NCBI GenBank assembly: GCA_964356335.1
Contig: CAYHHI010000017.1
Coordinates: forward strand, 1-63,609
Origin: an uncultured bacterium
GTDB taxonomy: Bacteria > Arandabacterota > Arandabacteria > Arandabacterales > Arandabacteraceae
Direction: 5' to 3'
DNA length: 63,609 nucleotides
Shown here piece by piece: positions 57,471 to 63,609 of this stretch; position 1 is the stretch's first letter, and every line of letters starts with the position of its first letter. The position numbers and the translations under genes were made by a program. Under the pieces are notes generated by a model. That model saw only the letters and a program-made list of their open reading frames with translations. It had not been told where the DNA came from and made no database searches.

Positions 57471-59741
57471 ATGTCCTCAGAGCCAAGTGAGGGTGGGTTG
57501 GAAGAGACTCGTCAATTCAAGGCCCTGTCCCCCGGCACTGTGATATCCCACTACAAGATCGTCGAGAAGATTGGTGCTGGAGGCATGGGTGTGGTGTATA
57601 GAGCCGAGGACACCAAGCTTCATCGGAGTGTGGCCCTGAAGTTCCTTCCTCCTGACCTGGTCTGTGATGCAGAGGCCAGGGATCGCTTTGAGCATGAGGC
57701 CGAGGCGGCATCGGCCCTGAGCCATCCCAATATTACCACCATACATGAGATAGATGAGGTGGCAGGTCGCTGCTTTATTAGCATGGAATACGTGGAGGGC
57801 AAGTCGCTGAAGGAGATGGTAAGGGAGAAGGCTCTCTCCATAGAGGATGTGTTGGCAATAGCGCTCCAGATAGGGGAGGGGCTGAAGGCAGCTCACGCCA
57901 GGGGCGTCGTGCATCGGGACATAAAGTCGGACAACATCAAGGTGACGAGTGATGGCCTGGTCAAGATCATGGACTTCGGGCTGGCCAAGCTGCGGGGAGT
58001 TGCGAAGCTCACCCGGACGGGGACGACCCTGGGCACCTTGCACTATATGTCACCGGAGCAGGCGCAGGGGCGGGAGGTGGATGAGCGCTCTGACATCTTC
58101 TCCTTTGGTGTGGTGCTTTATGAGATGGTGACGGGGCGGTTGCCATTTAGCGGGGACACTGAGGTGGCCTTGGTCCATGCGGTGGTCAACGAAACGCCGG
58201 AGCCGATGGCCAGGTACAAGGCGAAGGTCCCTGAGGGACTCGATCGGGCAGTTGAGAAGGCGCTGGCGAAGAGTCGGGACGAGCGCTACCAGCATGTGGA
58301 CGAGATGATAGCCGATCTCAAGTCAACCAGGAGGAAGTTGGAGACTGCAGCGGGTCTCGAGTTGCCGGATCAGGAGAAGTCGATTGTTGTGCTGCCCTTC
58401 GAGAACCTGAGCCCCGATCCTGACCAGGAATACTTCAGCGATGGCCTGACCGAGGAGGTAATCTCTGACCTTTCCAACGTCCGCGTGTTGCGTGTGATCT
58501 CCCGGAGCTCTGCGATGACATTCAAAGGGACGAAGACGACAATTCCTGAAATCGCAAGACGGCTCAAGGTGCAATATGTGCTGGAGGGGAGTGTAAGAAA
58601 GGCAGGCAACAGCCTGCGCATCACAGCTCAGTTGATAGACGCACGCAGCGACGCACACATCTGGGCTGAGAAGTACTCAGGCACGCTGGATGATGTCTTT
58701 GACATCCAGGAGAAGGTTTCCCGCGCCATCGTCGAAGCCCTGAAGCTCAAGCTTACGCCAGAAGAGAAACCCAGACTGTCTGTCAATCCCGAGGCGCACG
58801 AAGCCTATCTCAAGGGCCGATTCTATTGGAACAAGCGGACGGGGTCTGATCTGCAGAAGGCAGTCAACTATTTCAACCAAGTGATAGAGAAAGACCCGAT
58901 GTATGCTCTGGCGTATGCTGGATTGGCTTCGGCATATGCCGTACTTGCAAGCTATGCTCCGATGCCGCAAATGGAGGCTATGTCGAAGGCAGAAGCTGCA
59001 GCAAATAGAGCATTGGAGCTTGATGCTAAACTTGCAGAAGCCCATGCTGTCTTAGGGTCGATTAGGAGCGAGTTTGAGTGGGATTGGGCAGGTGGGGAAC
59101 GTGAGTTCAAGCGAGCAATTGAGCTCGATCCCAGCAACCCAACGGCCCGTCATTGGTACACCCTTCTGTTACTCCAGCTCGGCAGGTTGGATGAAGCCCT
59201 CGCAGAGATCAAACGAGCAAACGAGCTTGATCCGCTCTCGCTCGTCATCAACACCGTAATGGGCGATGCTCTTTACTTTAGGCGAGAATATGACGAGGCG
59301 ATAGTTCAACACAAGAAGACACTCGAGCTCGACCCATGCTTTGCTGTTGCTCATTTGCATCTGGGTGTCGTGTATGAAGCGCAAGGCAAATCGGATGAAG
59401 CTATCGCAGAGTTTCAGAAGGGAAGAGCGCTGATTGGAAGCGGTCCTTATGGACTATCAAGCTTGGGGTACGGTTACGCACGAGCCGGCGAGAGGAGTGA
59501 GGCCGCGAAGATAGTGAATGAGTTGCTTGAGTTTCCGGGCCAAGGGTACTCGGTATCTTTGGACATTGCCCAGATCTACTTTGGACTCGACGACAAGGAC
59601 AAGGCCTTCGAATGGCTCGAGAAGGCTTATCAGGAACGGCCTCAGTTGCTCCCGTATTTGAAGACGCAACCGCTTTGGGACGGCCTTCGTTCGGACCCGA
59701 GATTCACCGCCTTGCTGAAGAAAATGGGGCTAGCGGATTGA
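57471..59741 (+). CDS. Hanks-type Ser/Thr kinase - TolB-N-like domain - TPR, no TM helix (copy 2)
   Basis: Same catalytic motifs as copy 1; linker LETAAGLELPDQEKSIVVLPFENLS lacks a hydrophobic segment. Confidence 0.93.
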   Translation: MSSEPSEGGLEETRQFKALSPGTVISHYKIVEKIGAGGMGVVYRAEDTKLHRSVALKFLPPDLVCDAEARDRFEHEAEAASALSHPNITTIHEIDEVAGRCFISMEYVEGKSLKEMVREKALSIEDVLAIALQIGEGLKAAHARGVVHRDIKSDNIKVTSDGLVKIMDFGLAKLRGVAKLTRTGTTLGTLHYMSPEQAQGREVDERSDIFSFGVVLYEMVTGRLPFSGDTEVALVHAVVNETPEPMARYKAKVPEGLDRAVEKALAKSRDERYQHVDEMIADLKSTRRKLETAAGLELPDQEKSIVVLPFENLSPDPDQEYFSDGLTEEVISDLSNVRVLRVISRSSAMTFKGTKTTIPEIARRLKVQYVLEGSVRKAGNSLRITAQLIDARSDAHIWAEKYSGTLDDVFDIQEKVSRAIVEALKLKLTPEEKPRLSVNPEAHEAYLKGRFYWNKRTGSDLQKAVNYFNQVIEKDPMYALAYAGLASAYAVLASYAPMPQMEAMSKAEAAANRALELDAKLAEAHAVLGSIRSEFEWDWAGGEREFKRAIELDPSNPTARHWYTLLLLQLGRLDEALAEIKRANELDPLSLVINTVMGDALYFRREYDEAIVQHKKTLELDPCFAVAHLHLGVVYEAQGKSDEAIAEFQKGRALIGSGPYGLSSLGYGYARAGERSEAAKIVNELLEFPGQGYSVSLDIAQIYFGLDDKDKAFEWLEKAYQERPQLLPYLKTQPLWDGLRSDPRFTALLKKMGLAD

Positions 59742-59742
59742 C

Positions 59743-59829
59743 TGGTACACCAGACAGGACAACTTTCGCAACTTCCTGAGGTCGGAAGAATGCCTGGAAG
59801 TAGCGAGCCTGGCAAGGGCGCTGACCTGA
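59743..59829 (+). repeat. Post-gene repeat, copy C
   Basis: TGGTACACCAGACAGGACAACTTTCGCAACTTCCTGAGGTCGGAAGAATGCCTGGAAG...CTGACCTGA. Confidence 0.8.
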
Positions 59830-59880
59830 ACCTTCGTACCCCACCGTCGAAGTGGCGCTAATTTCTGGACGGCGCCAGGG

Positions 59881-60043
59881 TAGTCTTCACAACCCCATTA
59901 GATTGTATTTGAAAATACAAATCCCGACGGTTGTCTGAAAAATATCATTGTGTTGGGGAGGGGCAACGGGCGACCGGCGAGCATTCTCCCTCGGTCACAA
60001 CAGATGGAGATTGTTTTCCTAAAAACAATCTGCTAGGGTTCTG
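59881..60043 (+). promoter_or_regulatory. Conserved non-coding block with two TGT-N10-ACA palindromes (copy 2)
   Basis: Palindromes at 59903-59920 and 60008-60031. Confidence 0.65.
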
Positions 60044-60045
60044 CT

Positions 60046-60231
60046 GTGACTAATCGGAAGCGATTCACGGTCATACAGGGGGACATGATCTGTTCCAGAA
60101 GAATTACCGGCAGGGGAATGGTGGGACGGAGAAGACGCCGCTTAGAATCGACCCTGGGGGAGTCAGGATTCTTCGATGACGTAGAGCCAATCGAACATGA
60201 GGAGCCTGAGAACGAGGAGGCACACATATGA
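60046..60231 (+). CDS. Possible 61-aa leader ORF coupled (ATGA overlap) to CHAT copy 2
   Basis: Basic N-terminal half, acidic C-terminal half; the paralogous stretch at 53598-53781 differs largely by synonymous or conservative changes but carries a +1 frameshift. Confidence 0.35.
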   Translation: MTNRKRFTVIQGDMICSRRITGRGMVGRRRRRLESTLGESGFFDDVEPIEHEEPENEEAHI

Positions 60232-63200
60232 AGTCTAGACTTGCTGTTGTCTCATTGTTTGTATCTCTGTGCTTTCTTGCAGGCCGGGTAAGTGCTGAGG
60301 CCTGGCAAGACCTTCTCAGCCGGGCGGATTCACTGGCAGCCTTGGGATCCGCCGACTCCGCAGATGCTGCCCTTGAGGCAGCACTATCCAGTGCTCTGAC
60401 CCAATACGAACGGTCTGACACCACAGTGGAGTTTTCCACTTTCGAGGACGGTGCGACCCGGAGGCACTATTTTCCCAGTTACGCTTACGCCGAGAGTGTC
60501 TTCACCAGGTGTCTTCGCATTAAGGAGAGGATCGCCGGATCAGGTGCACCCGGGTACGCGAAGATTCTGAGCGACTTAGGGCGACTTCACAGACAGCAGG
60601 GCAGGTATTCTGAGGCTGAGTCTCTGTTTGTGCGGGCCCTAGCGATCAGGGAGAAGGCCCTGGGGCCGGACCACCCGGATGTGGCGGCAAGCCTCAACAA
60701 TCTCGGGAACCTTTGGTGGGATCAGGGAAGGCTCTCTGGTGCCGAGTCCCTTTATGTGCGGGCTCTATCCATCAGGGAGAGGGCCCTTGGGCCAGACCAT
60801 CTTGATGTGGCGTGGAGCCTGAATAACCTTGCGGGCCTATGGAATGCACAGGGCAGGTACTCCGAGGCTGAACCCCTCTTTGTTCGAGCCCTGGCCATCA
60901 GGGAAAAGGTCCTTGGGCGGGACGACCTTGATGTGGCGTGGGGTCTCAACAGCCTGGCAGGTCTCTACCGGGTGGAGGGGAGGTATTCAGAAGCCGAGCC
61001 CGCCTATGAGCGGGCGCTGGCTATAAGGGAGAAGGTGCTGGGACCTGACCACCCTTATGTGGCGACAAGCCTCAACGACCTGGCAATCCTCTGCTGGGAA
61101 CAGGGCAAGTATTCGGAAGCCGAACCTCTCTCTGAGCGTGCGCTGGCTACAAGGGAGAAGGTGCTGGGGCCTGACCACCCGAGTGTGGCGGTAAGCCTTA
61201 ACAACCTGGCAATCCTCTACTCCGATCAGGGGAGGTATTCGGAAGCCGAGGCTCTCTTTGAGCGTGCGCTGGCCATAAGGGAGAAGGTGCTGGGGCCTGA
61301 CCACGCGAGTGTGGCGATAAGCCTCAACAACCTGGCAAGCCTCTACTTCGATCAGGGCAGGTATTCAGAAGCCGAGCCTCTTTTTGAGCGTGCGCTGGCT
61401 ATAGGGGAGAAGGCACTGGGACTTGACCACCGCACTGTGGCGGGTAGCCTCGGCAACCTGGCAAACATCTACCGGTCTCAGGGCAGGTATTCAGAAGCCG
61501 AGCCTCTCTACAAGCGGGATCTGGCTACAAGTGAGAGGGCGCTGGGGCCCGACCACCCCGATTTGGCATATAGCCTCGACAACCTGGCAAGCCTCTACTT
61601 CGATCAGGGCAGGTATTCAGAAGCCGAGCCTCTCTATAAGCGGGCACTGGCAATAAGTGAGAGGGCACTGGGACCTGACCACCCGATGGTGGCGGTAATC
61701 CTCGACAACCTGGCAAACCTCTATGGGGCTCAGGGCAGGTATTCAGAAGCCGAGCCCCTCCATAAGCGGGCACTGGCAATAAGTGAGAGGGCACTGGGGC
61801 CCGACCACCCCGATGTGGCAGAGTACCTGGAGTCTTTGGGCGGACTCTATCGCCAGCAAGGCGAGCATGCACAGGCTCTAGAGTTCGCCCGGCGCGCCTG
61901 CAAGATAAGGCACAAGAACTTCGTTGAGAACTCAATCGGGCTTTCTGAGAAAGACGCACTGACCTACTCACAGTTTCTGCGGGCTTCTCTAAGCAAGTAC
62001 CTCTCTTGCTACGTGGATCTGGGCTCGGCTGACCCTGCCATTGCTCTGGGGGCCGCTCACCTGGTGCTTGACTGCAAGGGCCAAGTGTCTGATGGCATAC
62101 TTGAGCGTCAGAAGGCCATCGTGGAGAGGGCGGATTCAGCATCTCTTGACCTGGCGGAATCCCTCAGATATGCCAGGTTCCAACTGGCGAAGCTCTTTGT
62201 CGAAGGCCCGGGGGAGGATGTGAGTGCCTATAGAGCTGAGGTTGACTCACTGGGCAGATTGTCGAAGCAACTTGAGGCCGACCTTTCCCGAAGAAGTGCC
62301 AGTTTCAGAGGATACGTGGCTTACAGGAATGTCACTGCTGGTAGGATTGCCTCCTTGCTCCCTCAGAACTCGGTACTCGCTGAGTACGTGAGGTATGCAT
62401 ACCATGATCTCGAGCTCAAGAAAGACATTCCTCACTACCTGGTTGTCGTAATGGCTACCGATGGAGAACCGCAGATCGTTGATCTTGGTAAATCTGCCGA
62501 GATTGACACCGTGATTGGTACCTACCGCAGCCACATGCTGAGTGTGGCCACTTCCGGTAGGCCGCCTACGGTTGTGGACGAGCAAGAATACAGTGGGTGC
62601 GTCCAGGAGCTGTATAGCAAGGTCTGGCAACCGATCGAGCAATACGTTTCGGGCAGAGACCTGGTCGTCATCGCTCCTGATGGTGCCCTCAATATGGTTT
62701 CCTTCGCTGCCTTGATCGACAAGGAGGGCAACTACCTCATAGAGGGGTACCCCATCCAGTACCTCTCTGCGGGAAGAGACCTCGCAAGAATCAGCGATGA
62801 AACGGCTCCTGGCACTGGCTTGCTAGCGATGGGCGCGCCGGACTACAATGTCTCTGCCTCAAGCCGCCTGCAATATAGTGGAACTCCGGAGACAACCAGC
62901 AGTGACATAGCTCATATCACAACGAGGAATGTCCGTTCTGGCTGTGGCAGACTCAAAGACGTCTCCGTTCCTCCACTTCCCGGCACGAAAAGGGAGGTTG
63001 AGCTGATATCGTCCAAGTGGAAGAGAGCGTCACACGAACCTACTTCCATCTACTTTGGCTGCGATGCGAGTGAGGAAAGACTCAAGAAGGAAGCCCATGG
63101 CAAGCGAGTCATTCACCTGGCTACGCATGGTTATTTCTTGGAGGGTGCATGCCAGCCCGAGGTGTCTGAGGAAAGATTCGAATCTGGAAGCGAACTTGGC

Positions 63201-63609
63201 AAAGACCGGGGCTATGTTGGCGAGAACCCTCTTCTGCTTTCTGGCCTCTTCTTCGCAGGTGCCAACCTGCATGGTGAGGGAGCAGACAGATTGGGATTCG
63301 AGGACGGGATACTGACAGCATATGAGGTCTCAGGGATGAACCTCGAGGGCACTGAACTTGTGGTGCTCTCCGCCTGTGAGACAGGTTTGGGGCGGGTTGA
63401 GGAGGGAGAGGGAGTGTACGGACTGAGACGGGCCTTTCAGATGGCAGGGGCGCGAACGGTTGTCAGTGCGTTGTGGCCGGTTTCAGACGAGGCGACGGCT
63501 GAGATGATGAGTCGGTTTTACGAGAGACGCAGCGAGTCTATTCCCGAGACTATTCGCAGGATACAGTTGGAGAAGATCAGGGACCTCAGGAGACACGGTA
63601 AGGTGGATC
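60228..63609 (+). CDS. Secreted TPR-CHAT protease (copy 2; 3' end just beyond the window)
   Basis: Not in the ORF track (no stop in window). ATG 60228 after SD GAGGAGG, MKSRLAVVSLFVSLCFLAGRVSA; ten TPRs; HLATHGYF and VVLSACETG present; the frame at the window end matches copy 1 plus 42 aa. Confidence 0.92.
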   Translation, partial: MKSRLAVVSLFVSLCFLAGRVSAEAWQDLLSRADSLAALGSADSADAALEAALSSALTQYERSDTTVEFSTFEDGATRRHYFPSYAYAESVFTRCLRIKERIAGSGAPGYAKILSDLGRLHRQQGRYSEAESLFVRALAIREKALGPDHPDVAASLNNLGNLWWDQGRLSGAESLYVRALSIRERALGPDHLDVAWSLNNLAGLWNAQGRYSEAEPLFVRALAIREKVLGRDDLDVAWGLNSLAGLYRVEGRYSEAEPAYERALAIREKVLGPDHPYVATSLNDLAILCWEQGKYSEAEPLSERALATREKVLGPDHPSVAVSLNNLAILYSDQGRYSEAEALFERALAIREKVLGPDHASVAISLNNLASLYFDQGRYSEAEPLFERALAIGEKALGLDHRTVAGSLGNLANIYRSQGRYSEAEPLYKRDLATSERALGPDHPDLAYSLDNLASLYFDQGRYSEAEPLYKRALAISERALGPDHPMVAVILDNLANLYGAQGRYSEAEPLHKRALAISERALGPDHPDVAEYLESLGGLYRQQGEHAQALEFARRACKIRHKNFVENSIGLSEKDALTYSQFLRASLSKYLSCYVDLGSADPAIALGAAHLVLDCKGQVSDGILERQKAIVERADSASLDLAESLRYARFQLAKLFVEGPGEDVSAYRAEVDSLGRLSKQLEADLSRRSASFRGYVAYRNVTAGRIASLLPQNSVLAEYVRYAYHDLELKKDIPHYLVVVMATDGEPQIVDLGKSAEIDTVIGTYRSHMLSVATSGRPPTVVDEQEYSGCVQELYSKVWQPIEQYVSGRDLVVIAPDGALNMVSFAALIDKEGNYLIEGYPIQYLSAGRDLARISDETAPGTGLLAMGAPDYNVSASSRLQYSGTPETTSSDIAHITTRNVRSGCGRLKDVSVPPLPGTKREVELISSKWKRASHEPTSIYFGCDASEERLKKEAHGKRVIHLATHGYFLEGACQPEVSEERFESGSELGKDRGYVGENPLLLSGLFFAGANLHGEGADRLGFEDGILTAYEVSGMNLEGTELVVLSACETGLGRVEEGEGVYGLRRAFQMAGARTVVSALWPVSDEATAEMMSRFYERRSESIPETIRRIQLEKIRDLRRHGKVD
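60546..61805 (+). repeat. Ten in-frame 126-bp TPR tandem repeats
   Basis: Hand translation gives 10 full units before the capping repeat at 61806. Confidence 0.9.

Noticed and set aside
54096-61805. CRISPR array or Craspase (type III-E) system
   Set aside because: The repeats are in-frame 126-bp coding units without spacers; no cas genes; the CHAT proteins carry signal peptides

Overview
Bacterial chromosomal window with moderately high GC. An uncultured anaerobe is plausible from gene content, but taxonomy cannot be fixed from this window. It has three parts. (1) 1-14 kb: a cyclophilin, a CpXC protein, a DUF362 protein, tRNA-Leu and tRNA-Ala, a Mo-bisPGD oxidoreductase plus RACo-type ASKHA gene pair, then a 10-gene bacterial microcompartment locus (PduL, 2 BMC-H, 3 BMC-P, aldehyde dehydrogenase, PduS-like, PduT-like, class II aldolase). 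The locus is preceded by a consensus sigma-54 promoter and a ~130-nt rod-shaped inverted repeat. (2) 14-51 kb: housekeeping genes from proS to recN. rpmI is absent from the thrS-infC-rplT-pheST operon, and three genes appear to need non-canonical starts (M50 protease ATA, infC ATT/ATC, dxs ACG). (3) 51-63.6 kb: a tandemly duplicated module of [Ser/Thr kinase-TolB-like-TPR] plus [signal peptide-TPR array-CHAT caspase-like protease]. Each of the three gene ends visible in this array is followed by the same ~87-bp element with tRNA-3'-end geometry, and a 163-bp non-coding block is almost identical between the copies. The best candidates for undescribed biology are this repeat-delimited kinase/CHAT array and the sigma-54-linked structured RNA in front of the microcompartment locus. 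All assignments come from reading motifs by eye; no searches or folding programs were run.
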